Positions 20,599 to 31,314 of a DNA stretch of 64,000 bases are shown here, piece after piece. This stretch comes from Candidatus Bathyarchaeia archaeon (GTDB lineage Archaea > Thermoproteota > Bathyarchaeia > Bathyarchaeales > Bathycorpusculaceae). Position 1 is the stretch's first letter. Every line of letters begins with the position of its first letter. The notes beneath the pieces are model-generated. The model worked only from the letters and a program-made list of their open reading frames with translations, was not told the DNA's origin and ran no database searches. Location of the stretch: the NCBI GenBank assembly GCA_049512075.1, contig JBEKXL010000001.1:32001-96000 (forward strand), read 5' to 3'. The translations under genes and the position numbers were made by a program.

Positions 20599-20834
20599 AA
20601 GATTTTATCTCCAGAGGCAACGAATATTGGAAAGATTGGAAAAGTTGATTTAAAAGTTTTGCGCGAGTCAGCGCACGCGCCGACTTATCGTGAATCTCTC
20701 GCGCCACAAACTATTGATAATGGCCCGGAGATTAGCACCCTCCAAAGCCTTTGCTGCCTATTTGGTCTACTTTTTGTCTGAAATGGCGCCTGCGATGTGA
20801 CTAAGGTAAAACATGAGACCGACCATGAGTCTTA

Positions 20835-21107
20835 ATGAGGGCATACATTTGGCCCACGATTGAAGTCACAGTGAAGGATGTTAAGGGAAGGTGTGCGTTC
20901 GCATACAAAGTGGGCGACAAAATAACCTTTGATGGTAGAACGGTGAAAGGCGATATGTGCTATAGTGTTTTGACAGTTTACTTCCAAGCTATTTGCAATG
21001 CTTTATGGGGCAAAGTCTCCATGGACTCAAAACAAGGATATAGTGCCCAATTCTTTCCCGATGCTCAGAATCCAGCGGTACTAGAAATCCGGCGAATTAG
21101 AAAATAA
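20835..21107 (+). pseudogene. Degenerate TIGR04076-family small Cys protein
   Basis: VKG.C...YKVGD N-terminus; the family-like middle KLFAMLYGAKSPW is in another frame; CPD motif reads FPD. Confidence 0.6.
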
Positions 21108-21228
21108 CGGCGCGCGCATGGTGGAAGCAAGTTCTCTCTTCTTTCTAATGAGATACACTTCATCCAAAGCAATCCGCGCGGCTGAAGATTTATTAGACTA
21201 GGAATGCAGAACAGCAACGAGTGAAATC

Positions 21229-22152
21229 ATGTTTGACGAGCGAATTTTCAAGAGAGTTCTACTTGCTGTGGATGGTTCACTTCCGTCTATCACCGCTGAA
21301 GAACTAACAGTCTTTATGGCCAAGAAACTTGATTCACATGTGACAGTTCTCAACGTGATATCTCATGAATTCATGGACTCGCGGCTTGGCAGTTACATTC
21401 CAATCTTGTACAAGGATACTCCCTTGGGTACTGGAGGTCGTCCTGAAGAGCGTGTTTCTGAACTGCCGGCTTCAGGCACCGGTGAAGCTCTTTCAAAGGA
21501 AATCACAGCGTCATATCTAGGACGCAGCACAGAAATAGTTGAAGAAGCTGCAGCACTTTTTGAAGAGCAAGGCATACGAGTAGATCGGAAGATTCTAGAG
21601 CATGCTGATCCAGCCGAAATTATCACAAGAGAGGCTGAAAAGGGAAACCACGACTTGATAGTTGTTGGGTACAGCGGACAGGATGATAAGGAACCGCATC
21701 TGGGAAGCATTGCCAAGAAAACTGCCCTGTACGCTAAAACTTCCGTTCTTGTTGCAAGAGAGAAAAGTCAAATATCGAAAATGATGGTTCCAGTGGACGG
21801 CTCTGAGCATTCAAAAAAAGTGGTCCGATACGCTGCAGTTCTGGCCTCCAAATTGGGGGCTAATGTTTTACTTCTTAATGTTCAAGAACCTGATTTACCT
21901 CCCAAAATCATGAAGGAAATGGGGATACGAATACTATCCGAGGCAGTGGGCCAATTTAGAGGGACGAAGCTAGATCAGAAGCTGGTATCGGGCGATCCTG
22001 CCAAAACAATTATTCAAACGGCAAGGGAGGAGGACTGCGACCTGATACTCCTGGGACACAAAGGGCATTCCGCGGTCATCCGATTTCTACTGGGCAGCGT
22101 GAGCGACCACGTAGTCCAATACGCAGACCGCTCAGTACTCCTGATAAGATGA
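21229..22152 (+). CDS. Tandem-domain universal stress protein
   Basis: Two VDGS..S motifs, GDPA..I, LLGSVSDHVV..A..SVL. Confidence 0.92.
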   Translation: MFDERIFKRVLLAVDGSLPSITAEELTVFMAKKLDSHVTVLNVISHEFMDSRLGSYIPILYKDTPLGTGGRPEERVSELPASGTGEALSKEITASYLGRSTEIVEEAAALFEEQGIRVDRKILEHADPAEIITREAEKGNHDLIVVGYSGQDDKEPHLGSIAKKTALYAKTSVLVAREKSQISKMMVPVDGSEHSKKVVRYAAVLASKLGANVLLLNVQEPDLPPKIMKEMGIRILSEAVGQFRGTKLDQKLVSGDPAKTIIQTAREEDCDLILLGHKGHSAVIRFLLGSVSDHVVQYADRSVLLIR

Positions 22153-22339
22153 AATGTCGTCATCTCGTAATACTTTGGAAGAGTTTGTTGCGCACTCGGG
22201 CAAATCTTCTAGGCGTTGTTGGATAACATTGCGTTACTCGAGCTCTGGCATCTAAAAAGTGGCGTGTTTTGGCAGTCTATTTGTTTTCCAAAAGCAATAA
22301 ATAACATGTGGAATCTGAGATTGAATGAATGTGGTACAT

Positions 22340-22789
22340 ATGTCTAAACCTGAGAAGAACGTGGCCATCATAATCTGTGATCGCTACCACACTTGTGCTG
22401 GCGGAAAATGTTTCAGAGCCTTGAGGAATAGAGAAGGGGCTTTCAGTTTATACAAGGATGAAGATGTGAAGTTAGTAGGTTACACTACTTGCGGAGGATG
22501 CCCAGGTGGAAATGTCGAGTACTGTGTCGAGGAGATGAAGAAAAACGGTGCTGACGTGGTACATTTTGCAACTGGCATGGTCGTCGGCTACCCGCCCTGT
22601 CCCTATATTGACAGTCTTCAAAAATTCGTTAAGGAAAAATACAACATAGATGTTATTGTCGGTACACATCCGATTCCACAGAAGTATTACTTAACCCATC
22701 AGGCTTTAGGAACTTGGGATTCGCCTGAATGGAAAGATAAGATCAAGCTCATATTGACAGATGAGCAAACGAGATTAAAATACAATTGA
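22340..22789 (+). CDS. CGGC domain protein
   Basis: CAGGKC, TCGGCPG, PPCP and GTH motifs. Confidence 0.9.
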   Translation: MSKPEKNVAIIICDRYHTCAGGKCFRALRNREGAFSLYKDEDVKLVGYTTCGGCPGGNVEYCVEEMKKNGADVVHFATGMVVGYPPCPYIDSLQKFVKEKYNIDVIVGTHPIPQKYYLTHQALGTWDSPEWKDKIKLILTDEQTRLKYN

Positions 22790-22889
22790 TTCGAATTTCC
22801 TTCGTTTTCTTGTAGGATACACTGTATTTAGCATACGGTTTATGGCAAGATTTTTATTGATATAGATGTACTTTCGAAGAGGTGAAAAA

Positions 22890-23930
22890 ATGTCTTGGTA
22901 CATGGAATTAGGAAAAGCTGCAGATACCTTGGTGAACTATGTTCTAAGAGTGAAAAAGAATGAGGATGTTCTAATCTATGGAGACGATATCGTTGATTTC
23001 GAAGTGTTGAAAGCGACAGCAGCTGCTGCGAAAACCGCTGGAGCAACGCCTACCATAGTTATTCACGAGACGCGTGAAATTTCCTTCACTGAACCACCCA
23101 AACCTCTCGCCGCAGCAATGATGGATTCAGATGTCACAGTGGAATTCTCAGCCAGAGCTATACTCTACACAACAGGTCAGACAAACGCCTTAAAGAGAAA
23201 CAGGGCTTACATTTGTCTAACATCTCTTGACCGTGAAGCGATGGTCAGAACCTTAGGCTGGGTAAACTATCCGAAAATGATTGAGCTAGGAGACAAACTC
23301 GCAGAAATGACAACCAAAGCTAAAGAGATTAAGGTAACCAGCCCATCTGGAACGAACTTTACTGCCCAGATTGGCGGACGGAAGTTTGAGAACTTCGGTA
23401 GCACGGCAGACAAAAGGAAGGTCATAATGCTAGGCGGTCAGACTGGTGGTGCTCCGATTGAGGAGACGGAAAATGGTGTCCTTGCTTTTGACGGAAACGT
23501 TTGGCCTCCAGACGAGATCAAAGCAAACATAAGAACCCCCATAAAATGCAAAGTTGAAAAAGGCGTCATCACAGAAATTTCCGGCGGCGTAGAGGCTGAC
23601 ATACTCCGAAGATACATGGCTAGCCTTAAGGACAAGAATCTCTACAGAATCGCACATGTCTGCTATGGATATCATCCTAAAGCAAGAGTAACCGGCGACA
23701 TATCAGAGGTTGAAAGGGTTTGGGGCTGCTTCCAAGTCGGATGGGGCTCGCAAGGGCCGCTTCTGAGACCAGACCTCAAGGGCGCTTTCGGATGGAGAGC
23801 TGCATCTCACGATGATGGCATCATTCTGAAAGCATCGATATACCTTGACGGTGAACCAGTGCAGAAAGATGGAAAATTCGTCCATCCAGACTTGTTGCCT
23901 ATCATAAAAGAGATGGGTGTTGAACAATAG
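22890..23930 (+). CDS. M29/AmpS-fold metalloenzyme, NicX-like His variant
   Basis: TSPSGT, NG..AFDG, IAHVCYG.HP.A, ERVWG and SHDDG motifs; GAGGTGA SD. Confidence 0.8.
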   Translation: MSWYMELGKAADTLVNYVLRVKKNEDVLIYGDDIVDFEVLKATAAAAKTAGATPTIVIHETREISFTEPPKPLAAAMMDSDVTVEFSARAILYTTGQTNALKRNRAYICLTSLDREAMVRTLGWVNYPKMIELGDKLAEMTTKAKEIKVTSPSGTNFTAQIGGRKFENFGSTADKRKVIMLGGQTGGAPIEETENGVLAFDGNVWPPDEIKANIRTPIKCKVEKGVITEISGGVEADILRRYMASLKDKNLYRIAHVCYGYHPKARVTGDISEVERVWGCFQVGWGSQGPLLRPDLKGAFGWRAASHDDGIILKASIYLDGEPVQKDGKFVHPDLLPIIKEMGVEQ

Positions 23931-24204
23931 GAGCGCAAATCCTTTTTTCTTCTGCCTTTTTTTGTTTTATGAGCTCAACTCCCAGATGAGCAGATGGCAG
24001 ACATCTCCTTATTGCTGTCTGACGGAGAGCCAGGCATAGCATTTGTTCAATTAGGTTCCCATCAGCTGTAGATACCGAGAAGCAAGCGAACATGGCATAA
24101 TAGAAAGCAGAGATATGTTGAACATTAACAATTGGACTTGCATGTTTTTAATATGAAGAAATCATTCCTGAGAGTTGGAAAAAGGCAGCAAAAAAAGAAA
24201 GGGG

Positions 24205-24330
24205 CTATCGTACTACTCCCATTTCCTTGACAATCTTAGCTAGCTGCGGGTGGACGTATTTCCCGTCCTTTTCTATGATTTCGCCATCTAAGTATACTGT
24301 TGGGTTCAGCATTTTGCCGTCACAGTAAGC
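24205..24330 (-). pseudogene. C-terminal remnant of another M29/NicX-like paralog
   Basis: Translates AYCDGKMLNPTVYLDGEIIEKDGKYVHPQLAKIVKEMGVVR*, matching the C-terminus of 22890-23930; retains its own T-rich terminator. Confidence 0.8.
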
Positions 24331-24448
24331 CGCGCGCGCAGATGCGACAGTCCCGTGTATAGGTCGGGAGATTTAGCTTTGCTACGGAGACATTTTCTAA
24401 AAATCTCCAAAGTCGGAAATTTAAAAAGGAGGAAAAATGGGTTTTTAT

Positions 24449-25489
24449 CTACGCTAAGAGTTTTCCGTCTTTCATCACTGGTTTTCCGTCGAGTGTCCAT
24501 GTTGGTTTTGGAATGACGAAGTCTTGATGCAGGTCTGTCGATACTTTTCCACCCATGTGGAAGTTGTCTCCTATTGCTAAGTGGACTGTTCCCCTTATCT
24601 TCTCACATTCAAGAAGATTGTCTGGCCGCTTCGCGTTTGGGTTTGTTCCTATCCCCAGCTCAGCGAGGTTTCTCCTCGAAAGGTATGGCTCTTCTTTTTT
24701 GCTGAAATCTAGCAATGCTCGGAATTCGTCGCCGATCTTTCCTCCGCCGATTATTTCAGTGACGTTTCCATTCTTGAAGACTAGCGTCATTTTCTCTTTC
24801 AGGTCTGCACACATATTTGGCTCCACTACAAGTTTGCCGTTGGCGGTTCCTTCTACGGGTGTGGTGTAGGCTTCTCCAGCTGGGAGGTTGCCCCAAGAGC
24901 CCTTCTCAGTGAAGATTCCCCCGTCCACCATGCCTTTTCTGTCTTTCACGCTGAAGCTGATGTCTGTGCCTCCGGGGGATGTGACTTTGACATCATTGGC
25001 CTTCGTTATCCACTCTGCGATCTTGCTTGTCTCCTTTTCTATCACTCGATAGTCAGCAGCCATCGGTCCGCCCTTGGAGAACATTTCGGCCAAAAAGTTC
25101 GGCATGCTTACAACTCTTCTGCCGGCCTTGCATGCGTTGAGGCGCGCATCTGTGTGGGTAAGTGAGTAAGTGGTTATTGCAATGGTAACGTCTGCGCTCT
25201 TCATTTTCTCTTCAACTTCCTTTCCAGGATAGGTTCCGTGTTTGCCAACTGATGGGTACGTGAAGAACTCGACAGTGTTTTTGGGGAATTTTTCGGCTGC
25301 AATTTCGCTTACCAGCTTGGCCAGTATTGACCTTTCCACTGCTTCCGTCAGTTTTTCGCTAGTCTTGGTTTTCCACTCATCGGCTGTTGGTACGTCTGTG
25401 ACAACAAGCACTTTCTCGCCGTCTTTTAGACCCATGTTAACTTTTAACATATTGATGACGCCATTGACGATTTTTTCCTTGTCAATCAT
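24449..25489 (-). CDS. M29 aminopeptidase (AmpS/T-type), canonical ligands
   Basis: GNLPAGE, AELGIGTNP, ECEK.RGTVHLAIG and LHQD motifs. Confidence 0.88.
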   Translation of the reverse strand: MIDKEKIVNGVINMLKVNMGLKDGEKVLVVTDVPTADEWKTKTSEKLTEAVERSILAKLVSEIAAEKFPKNTVEFFTYPSVGKHGTYPGKEVEEKMKSADVTIAITTYSLTHTDARLNACKAGRRVVSMPNFLAEMFSKGGPMAADYRVIEKETSKIAEWITKANDVKVTSPGGTDISFSVKDRKGMVDGGIFTEKGSWGNLPAGEAYTTPVEGTANGKLVVEPNMCADLKEKMTLVFKNGNVTEIIGGGKIGDEFRALLDFSKKEEPYLSRRNLAELGIGTNPNAKRPDNLLECEKIRGTVHLAIGDNFHMGGKVSTDLHQDFVIPKPTWTLDGKPVMKDGKLLA

Positions 25490-25603
25490 ACAGGTCACCG
25501 CAGTTTGGATTGTTTGAACGTTCGTAACTAGCTGTGTTCAAAAAGCTTATAAGATTTCTGTTTTGTCGTTCTAGGCAGTGGAAAGCTTTAGAAGGGTTCA
25601 ATC

Positions 25604-26104
25604 GTGAAGGACGAGTCTTTAATTGAGGCTATCAAGGGACGGAGGAGCGTGCGGAGGTACAAGAAGGAACCTTTTCCGATGGGGATACTTGCCTCGTTTG
25701 TGGAGGCAGCCCGCTGGGCTCCTTCAGCAGGAAATTCCCAGCCTTGGGAGTTTTTGTTGATAAACGATGAGCGCATGGTGAGGGCCTTAAAATCAGTGTC
25801 TCCCGGGTGGCTGAGAGATGCTCCCGCATTGATAGTGATGTGTATCAACAAAGAAAGGGAGACAAATTGGAGTTACGTGGACGTCGGAGCGGCGATGCAG
25901 AACATGCTCTTGTATGCCCATTCAATGGGTTACGGATGCTGCCCGATCGGCAGTTTCGTGGTTGATGCCGTCAAGGGACTCTTGGAATTGTCGCCTGAGC
26001 TTGAGCCCGTGTTGTTAGTGACCGTCGGCTATCCCGACGAGGAGCCGCCGGCCATAACTCGCTTGTCATTGGAGGAGCTTGTTTTCAAGAGGGTTGGAAA
26101 TTGA
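25604..26104 (+). CDS. Nitroreductase family protein
   Basis: RRSVRRY, APSAGNSQPW, DVGAAMQN and VGYP motifs. Confidence 0.93.
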   Translation: MKDESLIEAIKGRRSVRRYKKEPFPMGILASFVEAARWAPSAGNSQPWEFLLINDERMVRALKSVSPGWLRDAPALIVMCINKERETNWSYVDVGAAMQNMLLYAHSMGYGCCPIGSFVVDAVKGLLELSPELEPVLLVTVGYPDEEPPAITRLSLEELVFKRVGN

Positions 26105-26406
26105 TGGAAAAAAAGGCAGGTGATTATCTTTTTGAGATAACTTGCTTTGTGATTTCCAGTGCCGAGAGAGTTCTTGGACCCGAGCGTGGATATGGAGCCT
26201 GTCGTCTTGTGCAGGCGCTTTACATGCTCTCTTTCCTCCCAGAATGCGCTAACTTGAGTGGAAACGAGTTGTTGATGAAAGTCAGAGCCTACGTGGACGC
26301 GGATCCTCAGAATTTCTGGCGTGAACCGCAGCTCAAACAGTTTCTCGGCGAGCTTAGCCGACAACTTGCGAAAGAGATAAAGAAAAGACAAAACCTTGAA
26401 AGATAG
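26104..26406 (+). CDS. DUF6092-like small helical protein
   Basis: YLFE..CF..SSA....GP..YG..RL pattern; paralog of 43488-43814. Confidence 0.7.
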   Translation: MEKKAGDYLFEITCFVISSAERVLGPERGYGACRLVQALYMLSFLPECANLSGNELLMKVRAYVDADPQNFWREPQLKQFLGELSRQLAKEIKKRQNLER

Positions 26407-26462
26407 TGGCAAGGTCAAATTTTAAATACTTCTCATATATCAGAAACGCGTTGTGAATCGAT

Positions 26463-27176
26463 TTGCTTAAAATACTGTTCATAAATCCGCTAGGCACTGA
26501 TGTTTACGACAAGCACATGTTGGACGCCATAAATGAGGTTAAGAGAAGTGACGTAAGAGCCAAAGTCGTTCATCTGCGCAAGGGTCCAGTTCATGTGGAG
26601 TATCACTACTACGAGCATTTGAACCTCGGTGAAACTCTAGATTGGGTGAGGTGGGCTGAAAAGGAAGGATACGATGCAGTTGTCGTGGGTTGCTTCTACG
26701 ACCTAGGAATCAGAGAAGCGAGGGAGCTCGTTTCGATACCTGTGATTTTTCCTGCAGAGGCTACGATGCATGTGGCTGCGACTCTTGGGCACAAGTTTTC
26801 CATAATTGTGGGCAGGCGAAAGTCGATTCCACGGATGGAGAGCAATGTGTATATCTATGGGCTTGAGAGGAAACTCGCCTCTTTCAGAACGATAGATTTT
26901 ACAGTTCCGAGGATGTTCTCTGAACCTGAGAAGCTTAAGAAGGCCATCTTGACTGAGGCCAGGAAGGCAGTGGAGGAAGACGGCGCTGAAGTCATAGTCT
27001 TAGGATGTACTATGCAGTCTGGATTCATGAAAGATTTAACGAAAAAGTTGAAAGTGCCCGTTCTCGACGCCGTTGTAACCTCGTGGAAGTATGCTGAAAT
27101 GATGGCTGATTTATACCGCAAAGTGGGCTTGATGCACTCAAAGCTTTATGGGTACGAGGCTCCTCCCGACGCGTAG
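26463..27176 (+). CDS. Asp/Glu/hydantoin racemase family protein
   Basis: INP, GCFYD, REAREL, GAEVIVLGCT; two catalytic Cys. Confidence 0.88.
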   Translation: MLKILFINPLGTDVYDKHMLDAINEVKRSDVRAKVVHLRKGPVHVEYHYYEHLNLGETLDWVRWAEKEGYDAVVVGCFYDLGIREARELVSIPVIFPAEATMHVAATLGHKFSIIVGRRKSIPRMESNVYIYGLERKLASFRTIDFTVPRMFSEPEKLKKAILTEARKAVEEDGAEVIVLGCTMQSGFMKDLTKKLKVPVLDAVVTSWKYAEMMADLYRKVGLMHSKLYGYEAPPDA

Positions 27177-27356
27177 ACCACTCCAAAGGCTCTGCTGTCC
27201 CGCGTTTAGATAGCTTTCTCCAGTACGGGTCAATTGAAACTCTTTTGCGAACAGTAGACGTGCACCCAAAAGATTACAGATTAATCACGTGTCATCCTCT
27301 GCGGAGTCTTGGACTTAACGTGCAGAGGTGTCCGCATTAAAAAAATGAGGAGTGTG

Positions 27357-28067
27357 TTATGGCGTTCTCTTCTTTTTGTAGGGGTCCATAAAGGCCTTTT
27401 TGCTGTGCGAGAGGTTGAGCTTTACTAGATCTTCGGCAATTTTCAATGCTACTAAGCCAGGATCGATGACGGGCACTTTGAGCTTCTTCTGCAATATTTC
27501 GGCGATGTTGAGAAGGCTTCCGCAGCCCATGACCAGGACTTCAGCCCCGTCCTCGTTGATGGCTTTCTTGCCCGCTTCCAGTAACTCCTTGCAAAGCGCA
27601 TCGAAATCCTTCTTTATGTCAAGAACCTTTGTTTCGATTATTCTCGCTGACGCTAGCTTGTGCTGTAGTCCATAAATTGTTATTTTGTCTGCGAATAGAC
27701 TAGCGGCTCCACAACCGCCAACGCCTATCACTGAGAATTTTCTCCCCAGGATTGACGCTAGGTGGACGGCTGGTTCGTTTATGCCAACTACGGGTATGTG
27801 CAACGCTTCTTTTATCGCTTCTAGTGCTGGATCGCCGAAACAGTAGTCTATGACGGCGTCGTATCCTTCTTTTTCAGCTTTTTCTGCCTCAAGCAATGTG
27901 GGTAGGGCTGCCCAAGCCTCGTCGTAGAGTTGCTCAATCGAGTCTGGACCTTTTTTCAGGTTTATTACGGTTATCTCTGTGTCAGGGTCTTTGTATTTCT
28001 CGTATGCTTCTCTGATCATTTCAGTCCAAAGGTTCGTTGTCACTGGTACGATGACTTTTATTCGCAT
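27357..28067 (-). CDS. Asp/Glu/hydantoin racemase family protein (second paralog)
   Basis: GP.SIE, YCFGDP, PVVGI, GAEVLVMGCG and PVIDP motifs. Confidence 0.9.
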   Translation of the reverse strand: MRIKVIVPVTTNLWTEMIREAYEKYKDPDTEITVINLKKGPDSIEQLYDEAWAALPTLLEAEKAEKEGYDAVIDYCFGDPALEAIKEALHIPVVGINEPAVHLASILGRKFSVIGVGGCGAASLFADKITIYGLQHKLASARIIETKVLDIKKDFDALCKELLEAGKKAINEDGAEVLVMGCGSLLNIAEILQKKLKVPVIDPGLVALKIAEDLVKLNLSHSKKAFMDPYKKKRTP

Positions 28068-28260
28068 GTTGAAACCTCGGGTTAGTGTAGACCTATGTGG
28101 TGATTTAAGTCTTTCGAGCTTAAACTAAGTCACGTATGGGAGCCGGCTCTGTGCGGATGCCAATTGATGTATTTGATGCGGCTATCCAGTCCTAGCGACG
28201 TTCCGAAAGGAAAATTCTTTTAAACTATGCAACATAAATGAACGGACAGTATGATGCTCT

Positions 28261-29306
28261 ATGACCGAGTATTACGAGTATGAGTTGGGCAAAGCTGCGA
28301 AGATTCTGATTAATGAACTTGTAAAAGTCAAGCCAGGAGAAGTTGTGGCGATAACCGCTGACACCGGATCTGACAGAAGGGTCGTGAGTGCAACGGCTGC
28401 TGCGGCTTTTGCTGCCGGCGGGCTGCCCTTGGTTATGACGATAGCGTCCCCTTTGGGAGTTGGGAAAGAATCTGACGCGATGACCCCTGTGAAGGCTCTG
28501 GGAGCGGCTTTGAGAGAAGCAGACGTTTGGATAGAGTACAACCAACAATGGCTGCAGTACTCAACGACTTATGAGATTGCGACCAAGGGAAACAAGAAAT
28601 TGAGATACTTGTGTTATGTCACGATGAATGCCGACATGATGACGAGGGTAATAGGCCGAATCGATTATGCCACGCAGAAGGCTTTTCAGATAAAGCTTCA
28701 CGACTTGACTTCGGCTTCTAGGCACATGAGGATTACAACGCCGCGGGCACGGATGTTGAGTTCGACAATCCATCCAAGGTGTGCATGACGAACTCGTACG
28801 GCTACGCCGAGGTTCCTGGTCAACACCTGTTAGCAGGACAAATAGGCTGGAGACCTGTGGTGGAGTCTATCAACGGGATGATAGTCTTTGACGGATCTAT
28901 AGTTCCGCCAATCGGCGTGGTCAAAACCCCCGTCAAACTTCATGTTAAGCATGGAAAAGTTGTGAGGTTTGAAGGCGGTGATGAGGCTTTGAAGTATGAA
29001 TCGTGGCTTAAGAGCTTCAAAGATCCGCTTATGTTGACGTTGGCTCACGCGTGCTATGGTGTCAACCCAGGAGCTAATCTGACTGGAAACATCCTTGAGG
29101 ACGAAAGGGTGTGGGCGTGCACCGAATGGGGATTGGGTTACGTGGGTCCGTTCTTTGCTCCACCCAACGGCATTCCCGCATCAACCCACACGGATGGAAT
29201 ATGCCTCAACTCTTCTGTGTGGCTAGATGGGGAACAGATTCTGGACAGGGGAAGGTTCATACACCCCGAGTTGGCGAAGTTGGCAAAGAAACTGGGCAAG
29301 AAATAG
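28261..29306 (+). pseudogene. M29/NicX-like metalloenzyme with a 1-nt deletion frameshift near 28744
   Basis: Frame 1 ends ITTP; the shifted frame continues GTDVEFDN, colinear with paralog 41781-42827 (TTPSGTDVEFDN). Confidence 0.85.
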
Positions 29307-29352
29307 CGACCTCGACGGAATGTTCCAGTCTTGCAAGACAGTGACAGACCTG

Positions 29353-30324
29353 TCATTTGGTTATCAGGTGGCAGGCGACTTGATGTTCGGGTTCCACTGT
29401 CACGAAGGTTGGTTGTTTACTTCTGCACGTTTCTGTTGCGAATGAGCATCTAGTATGGAAGCGGCAGCCTGGTGGCGGATTGATGGCGCTTGGAACTTCG
29501 CCCCTTGATATTATCTCTTTGGGCTTAAGCTTCTCCTCCTTGTCCGTTAACACAGGTATAGAGGAGAGCAACATCTGGGTGTAGGGATGCACAGGGTTTC
29601 GGAAGAAAGTTGCGGTAGGAGCAAACTCGACGATTTGGGCTAGATACATTATGGCAACCCTTGAAGACACGTTTCTCATAAGGCTTAGATCGTGAGTTAT
29701 GAATAAGTATGACAGGTTGAGTTCACGTTGCAGCCTCATGAGCACCTTCATGATTTTTGCCTGGATTGAAACATCCAGGGCTGATGTGGGTTCATCAAGC
29801 ACTATGAAAGAAGGGTTTGTAGCTATGGCCCTGGCGATAGCGACCGCCTGCCTTTCCCCTCCACCCAAGTCTTTCGGCCGCCTCTCTTTGAAATCTTCAG
29901 GAGGCAGCTCGACAGCATCAAGCAGCTCAGATACTCTTTTGTCATATTCTTCATGGCTTTTTGCCAGTCCCTGAATTTTCAACGGTTGTCCTACCACGTC
30001 TTTGACTGTCTTTGTAGGATTCAAGGAAGAAGCGGGATCTTGGAAGACGATTGCAAGATTCTTCTTCAAGTATTTTGGACGTTTCTTGGCGTGCATTGAG
30101 ATGTCGTTGCCTTTGAAGAGTATTCTTCCTGAAGTGGGCGTGTAGATACCCATAACTACGTAGCCAGTGGTGCTCTTGCCAGAACCTGATTCGCCCACTA
30201 AGCCGAAGGTTTCGCCTGCTTTCACCGTGAAGTTTATTTCATCTATTGCCCTGACTACTCCGAAACTGGTTTTGAAATGTTTTGTCAGATTTTCTACTAC
30301 CAGTAAATCCTCGTTCTTGTCCAT
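29353..30324 (-). CDS. oppF: Oligopeptide ABC transporter ATPase
   Basis: GESGSGKST, DEPTSALD, HPYT and GCRFHTRC motifs. Confidence 0.93.
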   Translation of the reverse strand: MDKNEDLLVVENLTKHFKTSFGVVRAIDEINFTVKAGETFGLVGESGSGKSTTGYVVMGIYTPTSGRILFKGNDISMHAKKRPKYLKKNLAIVFQDPASSLNPTKTVKDVVGQPLKIQGLAKSHEEYDKRVSELLDAVELPPEDFKERRPKDLGGGERQAVAIARAIATNPSFIVLDEPTSALDVSIQAKIMKVLMRLQRELNLSYLFITHDLSLMRNVSSRVAIMYLAQIVEFAPTATFFRNPVHPYTQMLLSSIPVLTDKEEKLKPKEIISRGEVPSAINPPPGCRFHTRCSFATETCRSKQPTFVTVEPEHQVACHLITK

Positions 30325-30330
30325 TACCGC

Positions 30331-31314
30331 TCATCTCTTATTGTACAACCAGCAGGCAACCTTGTGGTTGTCGGCATCGACTTCCAGAAGCCGGGGCCTT
30401 TCCTTTCTGCATATCTCCATTGCATATTTGCAACGTGGATTGAACCTGCAACCGGGTGGAGGGTTAACGTAGTCTGGAATTCTTCCTGGGATACCTTCTG
30501 AAAATCCTTCCCCAGTCAACTTGGGAACAGATTTCAGGAGCCCTTGCGTGTAAGGATGCAGAGGGTTCGAGAACAATTTTCCTGTTTCTGAAGACTCTAT
30601 CATGTTTCCAGCGTACATGACATAAACAGTGTCGACCGTGTTTCTTATAGTCCCAAGTGCGTGGGATATCAGGATTATTGACAGGTTCTTCCTATTTACC
30701 AGGTCCTTCATAAGACGCAAAACTTGGTCTTGAATTGTTACGTCAAGGCTGGTGGTCGGCTCGTCAGCAATCAGAAGATCCTTTGCGGTGGCCAGCGACA
30801 TTGCTATGCAAACTCTCTGACGCATGCCGCCACTTAACTGAAAGGGGTAACTGTCAAGCACTCTTTCAGGATCCGGAAGTGAAACCTCCTTGAGAGCGTC
30901 TATGGATTTTTCACGAAGCAGTTTTTTTGTGGCTTTTTCGTGGTCAAAATTGCCTGAGTACTTTATCACGTCTCCGAGTATTTCTCCTACCTTGAATACC
31001 GGATTGAGGGCGGCAGTGGGATCTTGAAATATCATAGTAAGGTTTTTTCTTCTTATTTGGTTCAATTGTTTTTTGCCGATTTTCAGCATCTCGTGTCCTT
31101 GAAAACTTATTTCTCCGCCATCGATTACGGCGTTAGACGCCAGAATCCCAAGTATAGCCTTCATCGTGGTAGTCTTGCCGCAACCAGATTCGCCAATGAT
31201 CCCAACTTTCTCGCTCTTACGTAGGGCGAAGTCCACCCCGTTCAAGACATTCAGCTTGCCCAAGTACGTCTTGAAGCCTATGAAAAGGTTTCTCACTTCC
31301 AAGAAAGGCTCCGT
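30331..31314 (-). CDS. oppD: Oligopeptide ABC transporter ATPase; probable ACG start at 31314 (next canonical start TTG 31302)
   Basis: GESGCGKT, LSGGMRQR, DEPTT motifs; ACG-EPFLEVRNL lies 8 nt after GAGGAGG. Confidence 0.93.
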   Translation of the reverse strand, partial: TEPFLEVRNLFIGFKTYLGKLNVLNGVDFALRKSEKVGIIGESGCGKTTTMKAILGILASNAVIDGGEISFQGHEMLKIGKKQLNQIRRKNLTMIFQDPTAALNPVFKVGEILGDVIKYSGNFDHEKATKKLLREKSIDALKEVSLPDPERVLDSYPFQLSGGMRQRVCIAMSLATAKDLLIADEPTTSLDVTIQDQVLRLMKDLVNRKNLSIILISHALGTIRNTVDTVYVMYAGNMIESSETGKLFSNPLHPYTQGLLKSVPKLTGEGFSEGIPGRIPDYVNPPPGCRFNPRCKYAMEICRKERPRLLEVDADNHKVACWLYNKR

